Counted from the stretch's first letter, positions 28,877 to 38,634 are shown. The stretch: 64,000 nucleotides of DNA from Candidatus Zipacnadia bacterium (GCA_029820565.1 JALGUR010000022.1:17731-81730), one strand, 5' to 3'. Notes: generated by a model from the sequence alone, not told the origin. Numbers and translations: made by a program.

Positions 28877-29131
28877 CTAAGGGGCACTGGGCACCTCGGC
28901 CTCAAAGTGGACTATCGTAGGCTGCTCAGTTGCGCGAGGTTCTTCAAAGTATAGTTCCACCGCCTCGCGCAGCATTCTAATAGCCTCATCGGCAGAGGAG
29001 CCCTGGCTGGCGACGTCAACCTCCACACATTGGGCTACATACAGGTCGTCCTCCTGCCAAACCATCGCCGTGAATCCCCGCATAACTGGCTTAATATCCT
29101 CGTGTTTAGACTTATCCAGTTTCTTTGCCAT
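28877..29131 (-). CDS. HicB family antitoxin (RNase H-like fold only)
   Basis: WQEDDLYVAQCVEVDVASQGSSADEAIRMLREAVELYFE. Confidence 0.85.
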   Translation of the reverse strand: MAKKLDKSKHEDIKPVMRGFTAMVWQEDDLYVAQCVEVDVASQGSSADEAIRMLREAVELYFEEPRATEQPTIVHFEAEVPSAP

Positions 29132-29190
29132 TGTTCTTCTCCTACCCTAATATTATAACCAGCCTTAGCCTGCGGTCAACGCCTCTGCCC

Positions 29191-29346
29191 TCAGAACGGC
29201 CACTTCCAGACCTTGCTCACCAACTTCCTGCCGATATACTTGTTCTTCAGCCTGGTCGCTATGCGCCGGGGCTTGAAACTCAACAGCGTCTCAATATCAT
29301 TAGCCACCCGCGCTAATTTGTATAGAGAACTAACTAATTTGCTCAT
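29191..29346 (-). CDS. 51-aa basic small protein (below the ORF-track cutoff)
   Basis: Translated by hand: MSKLVSSLYKLARVANDIETLLSFKPRRIATRLKNKYIGRKLVSKVWKWPF*; fills the intergenic gap and is co-oriented with its neighbours. Confidence 0.7.
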   Translation of the reverse strand: MSKLVSSLYKLARVANDIETLLSFKPRRIATRLKNKYIGRKLVSKVWKWPF

Positions 29347-29377
29347 AATGGCCCTGGTCTGCTGACAAGCACCGATC

Positions 29378-30304
29378 TCAGAACTCTTGAATGTCGGTTA
29401 CGCTTAGGGCCGATAACAAAAGGTTATGCGCCGCCACTTCTTTCGGACAGATACGACCAATCCCAAAATGGGTAGCGTATGGGAATATCGGCTGCCTGAA
29501 GTTGGTGTCCGAGATAATTTCTCTCTTCTTGCGGCCTTCAATGTCGGTTACGGCGAGCTTCATGCCCTTCGGTCCCCACGTCATACCGACCTCATACCAG
29601 CGTTGTGGTCCGAGCGCCGTGTCGTGCGTAATATCCACCCAATCCCCACTTGAGTCACCCAAGTGCCGTTTGTACGCAAGCTTCAAGTGCCAATCAGTAT
29701 CTACTTTTAGATATAAATCAGGCATGGGCTCTTCTTCCCAGTTGCCAGTCGACAAAATGATACCCGCGATGAACTGATCCGGCTGAGGGAATTTAACACA
29801 CAAGGTTATGGTACCCTGGGCTAGCGGCAGTGGCTTCCAGTACCTGATGAACCCATTCTCACCGATCTGGACAACTTTACCCCTGATACCATCCATTTCT
29901 GCGTACATTCGCTCATATTCCTTCGGTATATAGCCACCCGCATTCGTCTCCAGCCCTTCTAGAGTATCATGAAGCACCACCGACGTCGCAGCCCATCTAT
30001 ACGTATCTATGGTAATCCTGGGAACTCGCAGGATCCGATACCAGATTGCCTGCCCGACTAGGAACAGGCCGATCCCCAGGAATATCCACGGTAGCAAACT
30101 AGCCAATAGTTGCCAGACCAAGCTTGCCACTGCTACGCTCAGTACCAGTAAAGGGAACGTCAACTTCAACAGCAATCCTGCGGCTCGCGGCCAGGCTCGT
30201 CGCAGCGAGGTTTCGATTGCTTTCCCCCACAAGCCGTACATGATGAGACTAATGAAGGTCGCGGCAACGGTGACGACGGAGGTGACGACGCCATCTGAAG
30301 TCAT
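29378..30304 (-). CDS. membrane protein with a LamG/concanavalin-like C-terminal domain
   Basis: Three N-terminal TM helices; QGTITLCVKF and RWYEVGMTWG..GMKL beta-sandwich motifs. Confidence 0.6.
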   Translation of the reverse strand: MTSDGVVTSVVTVAATFISLIMYGLWGKAIETSLRRAWPRAAGLLLKLTFPLLVLSVAVASLVWQLLASLLPWIFLGIGLFLVGQAIWYRILRVPRITIDTYRWAATSVVLHDTLEGLETNAGGYIPKEYERMYAEMDGIRGKVVQIGENGFIRYWKPLPLAQGTITLCVKFPQPDQFIAGIILSTGNWEEEPMPDLYLKVDTDWHLKLAYKRHLGDSSGDWVDITHDTALGPQRWYEVGMTWGPKGMKLAVTDIEGRKKREIISDTNFRQPIFPYATHFGIGRICPKEVAAHNLLLSALSVTDIQEF

Positions 30305-30409
30305 CTTTCAACACCCCTTCATTCAGAAAGTCAGCTTCGTGTGTTAATCAAGCGCTGTGTCCTCCCAAGTAGCTGAAGGGACAATGCAACCTATCCTTCA
30401 GCGTCTAAC

Positions 30410-31450
30410 CTATTTCTCGCCGACCGCCTTACTTTCCTCTGCCGCCAACGGATGGGCGTTTTGGTAGGCTTCTTTGAGGCGCTGGGTGGTGACGTGAGTG
30501 TAGATCTGGGTGGTGGCCAGGTTCTTGTGGCCTAAGAGTTCCTGGATGCTGCGCAGGTCGGCGCCCCGGTCTAGCAGGTGCGTGGCGAAACTGTGGCGGA
30601 GGCTGTGGGGGCTGATATTAGCACTCGCCGCGGTCTGTAAGACGTACTTGCGGACGATATTCTGGATGCTGCGGGCGGAGAGGCGGTTTCCGTAGCGATT
30701 TAGCAGCAACGCCGGTTCATCCGCCACATCGGCGGGCTCGCCCCCCACCGGCTGCGGTTCGACAGGCTCACCGTGATAGAAGCCGGTGCCACTGGACGAC
30801 CGCCTCGCCCCCTCCTCTCCCCCACCAGTGCGCTGGCGCAGCAGCAGTTGGCGGCCGCCGTCAATATACCGGCGCAAGGCGGCCAGGGCGGGCTGGCCGA
30901 AGAACACCAGCCGCTCGCGGTTGCCCTTGCCCATTACCCGAATCTGCCGCTGGTCCATATCAATATCATCCAAATCCACGCTGACCATCTCCGAGACGCG
31001 CATGCCGGTGGCATAGAGCAGTTCCAGGATTAGGCGGTCGCGCTGGCCGGCAGGGGTATCTTCGTCGGGAGCCAGCAGCAATTGCTCTACTTCGTATTCG
31101 TACAGTACCTCGGGCAAGCGCTGGCGCTGCTTGGGTACTGAGGCGGCCGCCGCCGGATTGTGGCCGATTTGCCCGTCGTCCACTAAATATCGGTATAGCG
31201 CCCGCAGCGCCGCTAACTTGCGGCCAATGGTGCTGGAGGCATACTCCATACGATTGAGGTGAGCCAGATAGCGGCGGATGGTGGGATAGTCAACCTCCGC
31301 TAAAGCCCAGGCTTTCTCCTCACCCCAGAGCCGGGCCAGAAAGCTGCAGAACTCAACTATATCGTGGGCATAGGCCTCAGCGGTGTTGGGCGAGACCCCC
31401 TGGACATCGGTCATATAGCCCATAAAGGCGTCAATCTGCTCAGCGGGCAT
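30410..31450 (-). CDS. xerC: tyrosine recombinase XerC (with an in-frame repeat-derived insertion)
   Basis: ELLYATGMRVSE, VMGKGNRER, SPHSLRHSFATHLL, IQELLGH and TTQIYTHV; upstream of hslVU. Confidence 0.9.
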   Translation of the reverse strand: MPAEQIDAFMGYMTDVQGVSPNTAEAYAHDIVEFCSFLARLWGEEKAWALAEVDYPTIRRYLAHLNRMEYASSTIGRKLAALRALYRYLVDDGQIGHNPAAAASVPKQRQRLPEVLYEYEVEQLLLAPDEDTPAGQRDRLILELLYATGMRVSEMVSVDLDDIDMDQRQIRVMGKGNRERLVFFGQPALAALRRYIDGGRQLLLRQRTGGGEEGARRSSSGTGFYHGEPVEPQPVGGEPADVADEPALLLNRYGNRLSARSIQNIVRKYVLQTAASANISPHSLRHSFATHLLDRGADLRSIQELLGHKNLATTQIYTHVTTQRLKEAYQNAHPLAAEESKAVGEK

Positions 31451-31486
31451 TGCTATGTCCTGTGTTGCGGGTTTGGCAACAGTGCT

Positions 31487-32428
31487 TCAAAGCGCTACGA
31501 CCGCCTTTATGAAGTCCGGTGTGGCTGCCATCTGCGGTATGCGCGTTATTTCTTCCAGGGGTATCACGTGAGTAATCAGTGGCTGCAAGTCAAAGATGCC
31601 GTCAGCCAGCATTTCCAACCCCTGCGCCATCAGCCGCTTGTACTTAGTGTCGCTACTGGGGTGTGAGTTGATGACGGTGAGTTCTTTGGCATGCCACACA
31701 CCCAGGTCCACCTCGGCGCCGCCACGATAGTAGCCGTGGATAATCAGAGTACCCTCGGCCCGCAGAATGCTGGGGGCTTGAGCCAACGCGGCTGGGTTCC
31801 CGGATGCCTCAATGCAGTTGCCGACTCCCCCACCAGTAAGTTGTACAATCGCTGGCACGGTCTGGGTATCCCGCGGATTAAAGCAGGCAGTAGCACCCAG
31901 TTCTAAAGCGCGCTGGCGTCGGTGCGGCTGCGGTTCGGTGACGATAATGCGCCCGGCATGCTGTGATCGCAGACCCTGCATAATCAGTAGTCCCATAAAG
32001 CCCGCGCCGAGGATGGCGATGTCTTCGCCGGGTGCGATGGCAGTATGGTCTAAAGTGTTGACAACAACGGCCAAGGGTTCGGCCATCGCTGCATCCATCA
32101 ACGGCAGTGAATCAGGGACGCCGACCGCCCGCGCCGGGTTGACCAGCGCCTGTTCGGCATAGCCGGGTCCCAGGTAGGCGATGCGGTCGCCCGGCTCGAA
32201 TTCCTCAGCGCCTTTCAGCACCGTACCGCAGCCTTCGTGGCCAAAAAACGAACCTTGCGACATTACCGGATAGTCACCTGAATAGTGTTCGGAGAGATAG
32301 CCCTGGTTACTCGGTAGGTCAACGCCACACGCCCGTACCTGCACCAGCAAGTCGCCGGCCGACGGCTGAGGCGGCGGGATATCCTCAACGCGTACCTCAC
32401 CGGGGCCGTGAATTACTGCTGCTCGCAT
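31487..32428 (-). CDS. zinc-binding (MDR) dehydrogenase
   Basis: CGVD, GHEGCG, AMAEPL and LGAGFMG motifs; no structural-Zn lobe. Confidence 0.9.
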   Translation of the reverse strand: MRAAVIHGPGEVRVEDIPPPQPSAGDLLVQVRACGVDLPSNQGYLSEHYSGDYPVMSQGSFFGHEGCGTVLKGAEEFEPGDRIAYLGPGYAEQALVNPARAVGVPDSLPLMDAAMAEPLAVVVNTLDHTAIAPGEDIAILGAGFMGLLIMQGLRSQHAGRIIVTEPQPHRRQRALELGATACFNPRDTQTVPAIVQLTGGGVGNCIEASGNPAALAQAPSILRAEGTLIIHGYYRGGAEVDLGVWHAKELTVINSHPSSDTKYKRLMAQGLEMLADGIFDLQPLITHVIPLEEITRIPQMAATPDFIKAVVAL

Positions 32429-33300
32429 TAGTATCCGCTCCTTGCTAACTGCCGGCGCAGCATCTCAGCGGCGCGGGGAATAATGTCCAGCGGGTTCTCC
32501 AGTGTGAAATTCTCAATGCTCAAGTATCCGTTAAAGCCCGCATCGGCGAAAATCCTCAGAATGCGTTCATAGTCCAAAACTTCATCATTGCTGTCGTCGC
32601 CGGCCAGTTTATATATTTTGCAATGGCTAAAAATCATACTGGGCGCAAGGCGCGCCATACTCTCATAAGGGTCCTCTATAAGTGGCACTTCACTAATACC
32701 GTCTCCCGCCGCCAGCGTTTGGCGGACCTTTTCACAGTCGTCCCAGAAATTGCCGGTGTCAATGTTGACCCCCATGTTGGGTGCACCCACGCAGCGGATG
32801 AATCGGAGTGTATCCTCACTGGTTCGCGTGAGACCATAGTGGTTCTCCATCGCCAACTGCAATCCCCACCTTTGACCGGCGGCGGCCAGAGTCCGAAATC
32901 CAGCCACGGCACGCTCAAATACCAGAGCCTCTGTGGCGCCTGGTTCAGTCACCTGGTGCATCCCATTGCCAGGTTGAGCCGTGTTGACACGCCAAATGGG
33001 TGCTCCGACCTCTCTACACATCTGGCCCCACTGTAAGCAGCCTTCCACTTCTTCCTGTACACCCGAAAGGGTGGGCTGGTAGACCTGTGTCTCCGAGGCA
33101 AATGCCGAGATGGCCAGCCCACACTCGGCGGCTAAAGCCCTAATCTCGGCTGCCCTCATCTCATCGGCGGCGACGTAGCCATCGTTAAGTTCAATAGCAT
33201 CCAGTCCCATCTGGGCACAGGTGCGAATACATGTGGCGATGTCCATACTGCCCTCAGCAAAGCATTGGGCAAACGAGAAAGTAGCCGCCGATATTTTCAT
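32428..33300 (-). CDS. sugar phosphate isomerase/epimerase
   Basis: LAMENHYG, NIDTGNF, SHCK and GYLSIE motifs. Confidence 0.88.
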   Translation of the reverse strand: MKISAATFSFAQCFAEGSMDIATCIRTCAQMGLDAIELNDGYVAADEMRAAEIRALAAECGLAISAFASETQVYQPTLSGVQEEVEGCLQWGQMCREVGAPIWRVNTAQPGNGMHQVTEPGATEALVFERAVAGFRTLAAAGQRWGLQLAMENHYGLTRTSEDTLRFIRCVGAPNMGVNIDTGNFWDDCEKVRQTLAAGDGISEVPLIEDPYESMARLAPSMIFSHCKIYKLAGDDSNDEVLDYERILRIFADAGFNGYLSIENFTLENPLDIIPRAAEMLRRQLARSGY

Positions 33301-33393
33301 ACTCCACCTTTCTTCTCCACAATAATACTTGTGTTCGGAGTTATGGAGCGCGGGTTCGCACCGGTGTCGGCCCCAAGCAATGTCAGAGATTTG

Positions 33394-33639
33394 CTATGGC
33401 TGCCAGGTGGGATGATTGCGCAAGTAGACTTCCAGGTCAACCCAATCGGTGGATACTGGCTTAATCTCGGGTGGCGACGGGGCAGGCAATTGGGAGACCG
33501 ACTCAGTCGGGCTGGGCTGGACGATTCCTGTGATTAGAAATACGTGGTTCCACAACAGACCAATACCCACGAGCAGAATGACTACTGCGATGAGCCTGAA
33601 GGCCGGATTGGACGCGAGTTTTGCCCTCATTTGGTTCAT
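33394..33639 (-). CDS. small single-TM hypothetical protein
   Basis: Hydrophobic helix plus Pro-rich tail; preceded by minus-strand TTGACA-17 nt-TAAGAT. Confidence 0.55.
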   Translation of the reverse strand: MNQMRAKLASNPAFRLIAVVILLVGIGLLWNHVFLITGIVQPSPTESVSQLPAPSPPEIKPVSTDWVDLEVYLRNHPTWQP

Positions 33640-33766
33640 CCTTGCCTTCACTGTGATAACCATATTCAATCTTACCAGCCCTGGGGCGGGATGTCAACCG
33701 CTGAGGGGGCTTCGGTAGCGAGCCGTATTGTGCTATAATCTGCGAATTAGGCAGAGCAGGTGATGA

Positions 33767-34867
33767 GTGATGATAGACTATCGCAGTCGGTGGCAGCGTC
33801 AGCGACGGCGACGAATTCAGATTCGCCTGGGAATTGTGGCCGCTGCCATAATCTTCATCGCCGCCACCATTGCTATAATATGTGGTTACCGGCACGGAAG
33901 GGTAGTCTGGACACATCGGCCGCTTAACCATGGCCTGCCGCGGTTGTGTACCGATGATAGCCGCCTGTACGTCGCCTGGGCGGACGGGAATGTCAAAGGC
34001 ATAGACCCTCGCACGGGCAAAGCCCTGGGGCTGGTAGACTTCACCCGCCCGGTTGCCTTTCAGGCCATTCCCACTATAGCCGGCGAGCAGTTGATAGTAG
34101 GCGGCGATGATTTTCATATTCGGGCGATCTCCACCGATGCCGGGCAGCAAATATGGGACTACCAGACCGGCGGGGCAGTGCGGGCCCAGCCAGTAGTTGA
34201 TAAGAGGCAGATATTGGTAGGCTCCGATGATGGATGGTTGTACTGTCTGGATGCGGAGAAGGGGCGCGGTCTGTGGCGAGTGTACTGTGGCAGTGCTATT
34301 GGAGCCAGGGCGGCGGTTACTGAGACGAGGGTGGTCGTGGGTACGGCGGACGGTAAGATTGTGGGAATTGATCGCGCCGCGCAGCGGATTGCTTGGAGTA
34401 GGTCTACGGAAGGTCCAGTATTAGCGCCGGCCAGGCCAATAGGCGACGGGCTGGTAACGGTCGGCTGCGACGATGGAAAGCAGTACATTGTAGATGCAGA
34501 AAGCGGCCAGGTGAAGTTCAAAGTTGAGCTGGCCGGTCTTATCAGGCGCGAACCAATCGTGGAACACCACCGACTGTATCTGGCCAGCAACAGTGGTGAG
34601 ATAGTGGCAGTTGACGTGCCCTCCCAGGAGGTAGTGTGGCGGCGAACAATTCAAGCGGCGCTGACTTCGGGTCTGACGGATAAAGGTCAGTACTTGTATG
34701 CCGGCACTGAAACCGGCCAGATCGTGGCCGTGGACAAAGATAGCGGATTGGTTCGGCACAGTTGGCAAATCGGAGCACCTGTTACCGGCTCAGTAATAGT
34801 CAGCGGCGAAGTAGTAGTGGCGGGACTAAGCGATGGTCGAGTGGTAGCGATTTCGGCTCTGCAGTAG
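33767..34867 (+). CDS. PQQ-like beta-propeller (BamB-like) membrane-anchored protein
   Basis: Repeated GSDDG-LY-LD--G--W units after one TM helix. Confidence 0.88.
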   Translation: MMIDYRSRWQRQRRRRIQIRLGIVAAAIIFIAATIAIICGYRHGRVVWTHRPLNHGLPRLCTDDSRLYVAWADGNVKGIDPRTGKALGLVDFTRPVAFQAIPTIAGEQLIVGGDDFHIRAISTDAGQQIWDYQTGGAVRAQPVVDKRQILVGSDDGWLYCLDAEKGRGLWRVYCGSAIGARAAVTETRVVVGTADGKIVGIDRAAQRIAWSRSTEGPVLAPARPIGDGLVTVGCDDGKQYIVDAESGQVKFKVELAGLIRREPIVEHHRLYLASNSGEIVAVDVPSQEVVWRRTIQAALTSGLTDKGQYLYAGTETGQIVAVDKDSGLVRHSWQIGAPVTGSVIVSGEVVVAGLSDGRVVAISALQ

Positions 34868-34921
34868 TGAATTGTCCAGTGTGTATCCTTCTTTAGATTT
34901 ATGATCAGTTAATCATACATT

Positions 34922-36232
34922 ATGAATCATCAAGACACGCAACTGTCGGTGCGCAATCTCATTTTGGGTGTCAGTAATGGCGCCATCCTTTGGTTAGCCA
35001 CAGCATTTCTGGATCCGGAGACAGTGCTACCAGCCTTTGCTATGGAGGCAGGCAAAGGCAACATACTGTGGGTGGGAATTGTAGTGGCGATGATAGGTTC
35101 CGGCTCATTGTGGCCGCAAGCGTTTTTGCCCAGTATTCTGGCGACCAAGCCCCGCTATCTACCTTACTATCGCCTATCAGCGCTGCTGCGCGTCATAATC
35201 CGCTTCGTCATATGGGCCACCATTATCCTAATAGCGGGAAGGTCGCCGGCGGTAGGATTAGCCGTTGTGGCCATCTTACTGTTCATCTATACCTCCAGTG
35301 GCGGGGTAGGAATGATACCGTTTATGAGTATCATACGCGACACGATCCCAGCCACGTGGCGGGGCAAGTTCTTCGGAGGACGATTCTTTTGGGGCGGCCT
35401 GCTGGGGTTTGGCGCCGGATTTATTGTTAAGCATGTTCTTAGCCCTGACAGTAGATGGGACTTCCCCTATAACTATGGACAATTGGCATTGTATTCGGCC
35501 CTATCCCTTACCGTTTCGCTCGGGTTGTTCTGTCTTGCTGAAGAGCGACCGCATCGTGTCTCGTCCCATCAACTACCACTGAGACTGCAACTGGCTCGGG
35601 GCGTGCGGTTTTTTCGCCGAGACCCTAACTTTCGTCGGTTAGTGCGGGCCCGCGTCTTCTATGCGTTAGCGTATGGGCTTTGTGTGCCCTTCATTGTTCC
35701 TTTCGCTCTGCAACGGTTTGGTGTGACTAAAGCAGCAGTGGGAATATTCTTAATGGCGCGAGTACTAAGCTTTTCCGGAGCCAACACGCTGTGGAGCTAC
35801 ATATCTGACCGCATTGGCAATCGGCTGGTACTGCTGATATCGGGAGTGGCGACGACAGTGCTTCCGCTGATGATGGCCCTGGCGCCCCGGATTCCGCAGA
35901 TCCAATTGACGACTCCGGTGGGCGGATCTGTGAATACAATTCTGGCATACTTTGTGGTCGGCTTCATACTGGTAGGATTATGCAGATCGGGACAAATGCT
36001 GGGGCAAACCAACTATCTACTGGAGGTTGCTCCGTCTCGGGTGTTAACTACCTATTTGGGTTTCTACTACATCGTACTGTTGCCCCTGGCCGCGGTGCCC
36101 GTTGCGGGTTCGCTGATAATCGGCCAGGAGGGCCGTTATATACTTGGTTTTGCCCTCAGTATGATAATGGGCCTGGCTATGCTCATCAACGTGGTCAAAC
36201 TCGGCGAGATTCGCGAACTACTTCATGATTAA
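34922..36232 (+). CDS. MFS transporter
   Basis: About 12 TM helices; FLDPETVLPAF, WRGKFFG and SDRIGNR motifs. Confidence 0.85.
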   Translation: MNHQDTQLSVRNLILGVSNGAILWLATAFLDPETVLPAFAMEAGKGNILWVGIVVAMIGSGSLWPQAFLPSILATKPRYLPYYRLSALLRVIIRFVIWATIILIAGRSPAVGLAVVAILLFIYTSSGGVGMIPFMSIIRDTIPATWRGKFFGGRFFWGGLLGFGAGFIVKHVLSPDSRWDFPYNYGQLALYSALSLTVSLGLFCLAEERPHRVSSHQLPLRLQLARGVRFFRRDPNFRRLVRARVFYALAYGLCVPFIVPFALQRFGVTKAAVGIFLMARVLSFSGANTLWSYISDRIGNRLVLLISGVATTVLPLMMALAPRIPQIQLTTPVGGSVNTILAYFVVGFILVGLCRSGQMLGQTNYLLEVAPSRVLTTYLGFYYIVLLPLAAVPVAGSLIIGQEGRYILGFALSMIMGLAMLINVVKLGEIRELLHD

Positions 36233-36462
36233 GCAAAAAAACACCGCCAGCGACACAAATGCTGTTTCCGACCATCTGTGCGTCTGACGGCTGCTCCTTC
36301 ACCGGCAGGTTGGGCTGGATTAGCCGAAAAAGCCCCTGCCATAGAGCATGGCAATTCTATTCCCGTGTTATATTTAACGTCTAAGTGACGAAAAAGTTCC
36401 ATAATTCTTTGAGGTTTTGTGCCTGTGGCTGGCTACCGGGGGCCGGGCGGCCATCTGTAGTA

Positions 36463-36491
36463 TTGACGCGATCTCTAATGTGGAATAGAAT
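36463..36491 (+). promoter_or_regulatory. sigma70 promoter upstream of larA
   Basis: TTGACG-17 nt-TAGAAT. Confidence 0.6.
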
Positions 36492-36539
36492 AGTTGCACG
36501 CTTTGTAGTCCATTTGCTGTCACCACCCATGGCATTAAG

Positions 36540-37880
36540 ATGGAACTGACCCTTCGCTACGGCAAACAGGGATTGGCAGTTCGGCTACCTGACGATAATG
36601 TAGCCGAGGTGTTGCACTTAAATGAAGTGCCCACACTCTCTGACCCTCCGGCGGCAGCGCAGAAAGCCTGCCACAGTCCTATAGGCACACCACCGCTGAC
36701 TGAACTGGCCCGCGGGCGGAAGGACGCTTGTATAGTTATCTCAGACATAACTCGGCCGGTGCCCAATAGGGTGCTGGTATCGCCGATTCTGAAGGCCCTG
36801 CACACAGCCGGGTTGGATGCTGACCATATCGTCATATTGGTGGCTACGGGCCTGCACCGCGCCGCCACGGACCGGGAACTGCGCGAGATGCTGGGCGCCG
36901 ACATTGTTGATGGTGGTTATCACATCCATAGCCATATTGCTCATGACCGCGACAGTCATCACCACCTGGGTAGAACCAGCCGAGGCACTGAAATTTGGAT
37001 AGACTACCGCTACTTAGAGGCCGACTTGCGCATCCTGGTATCGTTGGTTGAGCCCCACGTGTTTGCCGGCTATTCCGGCGGTCGTAAGGCCATCTGCCCC
37101 GGCATTAGTGGTGCACAGACCATAATGGGCTTTCACAGTCCAGCAATGATTGAAGCGCCTCGCGCTATAGCGGGTAATATCGCCAACAATGAGTGCGACC
37201 AGGAAGCCCATGCAGTCGCCAAGTTGGCCGGGCGGGCCGACTTCACCGTCAACTGTACTCTCAACGAGCAGCGGGAATTAACCGGTATCTTCGCCGGCGA
37301 CTTCTTCCAGGCACCGCTGGCGGCTATGGAACTGGCCGAGAAGCAATCTAAAGTGATTATTGAAGCACCGGTAGACATTGCCGTGACCACCAATGCCGGC
37401 TATCCCCTGGACTTGACCTTCTATCAGAGTCCTAAAGGCATTAGCGCCGCCGCGGCTATTGTCAGGCCCGGCGGCACCATCATCATTGCCCAGGAAAATG
37501 CGGAAGGCATTGGCAATACCGAGTTCGCCGAGTTGATGCTGCGAGTTGATAACCCCCATGAATTCGTGCAGAAGGCTTTGGAAACTGGCCAAAATCAAAT
37601 AGACCAATGGGGACTGCACCAACTGGAAAAGACACTGCGTCATCACCAAGTGTACAACTGCTCTGCGGGTCTTGCACCTGAGGTCCAGAAACAATTATTT
37701 GTGGAGCCAATAAGCAGCGTAGAAGAGGGGGTGGCCCGGGCCCTGGCCGAGCATGGTTCCCAGGCTACCATAGCCGTCATTCCCGAGGGGCCCTACGTAA
37801 TGCCCTGTGTGCGGACCGATCCACTCGGGCAAATGAATGTGCGGCAGATGGCTCAGAAAGCCGCAAATGACTACTGTTAA
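36540..37880 (+). CDS. larA: nickel-pincer-dependent lactate racemase family protein
   Basis: SDITRPVP, VATGLHR, EPHVFAGYSGGRK and YQSPKG motifs. Confidence 0.9.
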   Translation: MELTLRYGKQGLAVRLPDDNVAEVLHLNEVPTLSDPPAAAQKACHSPIGTPPLTELARGRKDACIVISDITRPVPNRVLVSPILKALHTAGLDADHIVILVATGLHRAATDRELREMLGADIVDGGYHIHSHIAHDRDSHHHLGRTSRGTEIWIDYRYLEADLRILVSLVEPHVFAGYSGGRKAICPGISGAQTIMGFHSPAMIEAPRAIAGNIANNECDQEAHAVAKLAGRADFTVNCTLNEQRELTGIFAGDFFQAPLAAMELAEKQSKVIIEAPVDIAVTTNAGYPLDLTFYQSPKGISAAAAIVRPGGTIIIAQENAEGIGNTEFAELMLRVDNPHEFVQKALETGQNQIDQWGLHQLEKTLRHHQVYNCSAGLAPEVQKQLFVEPISSVEEGVARALAEHGSQATIAVIPEGPYVMPCVRTDPLGQMNVRQMAQKAANDYC

Positions 37881-38634
37881 GTCAACCCAGCAGCGATGGG
37901 CTGTGCGGTTTGAGGAGAGGTCGGTGGTGGGGGGCTTCACCGCGCGCCACGCCGGCAATCTGTGCTTCAAGGGCCCCGACCACAAGGCCGTCAGTGCGGC
38001 TCGGAGCAGTGCGCTAACCGAGTTGGGGGTGGCCGACTTTCCCCTGGTGGAGGCTCAACAAGTCCACGGCAACAAAGTCTTTGCAGTGACAGCAAATACT
38101 TTGCCGCAGATTAGACGGCCTGACGGCCGCTGGGTAGCGCCGGCCAGCGATGCCTTGATAACTGTCCAGCCCCAAATAACTTTGTCTTTATACTACGCCG
38201 ATTGCGTACCGATATTCTTGTGGCTACCTGAGGGCAATGCCATCGGATTGGTTCACGCCGGCTGGCGGGGAAGCCTGAAAGATGTAGCGGGTAAGGCTGT
38301 AGACCAACTGTGCCAGTTGGCTGATGGCTCACCGGCGCAATTGCGAGCCATAATCGGGCCGGCTATCTGCCCAAGTTGCTACGAGGTTGGGCAGGAAGTA
38401 GCCGAAACTGCCAGGAAATTGCCCCACCCCGAGACTTTCCTGGACCACAGGAATGATCACTGGCACTTAGACCTCAAAGCGCTCAACAACAAACTGCTGG
38501 TAAGAGCGGGGCTACTGCCAGGGAACATAGAAGTCAGCCCTTTATGCACCCGCTGCCGAACGGATTTGTTCTTCTCCTATCGAGCCGAAGGCACCGGTTG
38601 CGGGGAAATGGGCGCGTTCATTGCGATTTTGTAA
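37867..38634 (+). CDS. pgeF: PgeF/YfiH family polyphenol oxidase-like (purine nucleoside phosphorylase) protein
   Basis: QVHG, ADCVPI, VHAGWRG, IGPAICPSCYEVG and FFSYR motifs; ATG 37867. Confidence 0.9.
   Translation: MTTVKSTQQRWAVRFEERSVVGGFTARHAGNLCFKGPDHKAVSAARSSALTELGVADFPLVEAQQVHGNKVFAVTANTLPQIRRPDGRWVAPASDALITVQPQITLSLYYADCVPIFLWLPEGNAIGLVHAGWRGSLKDVAGKAVDQLCQLADGSPAQLRAIIGPAICPSCYEVGQEVAETARKLPHPETFLDHRNDHWHLDLKALNNKLLVRAGLLPGNIEVSPLCTRCRTDLFFSYRAEGTGCGEMGAFIAIL

Noticed and set aside
30410-31450. xerC as an integron integrase or phage integrase
   Set aside because: Motifs and hslVU synteny fit chromosomal XerC; the extra segment is repeat-derived and no attC sites or phage genes were recognised.
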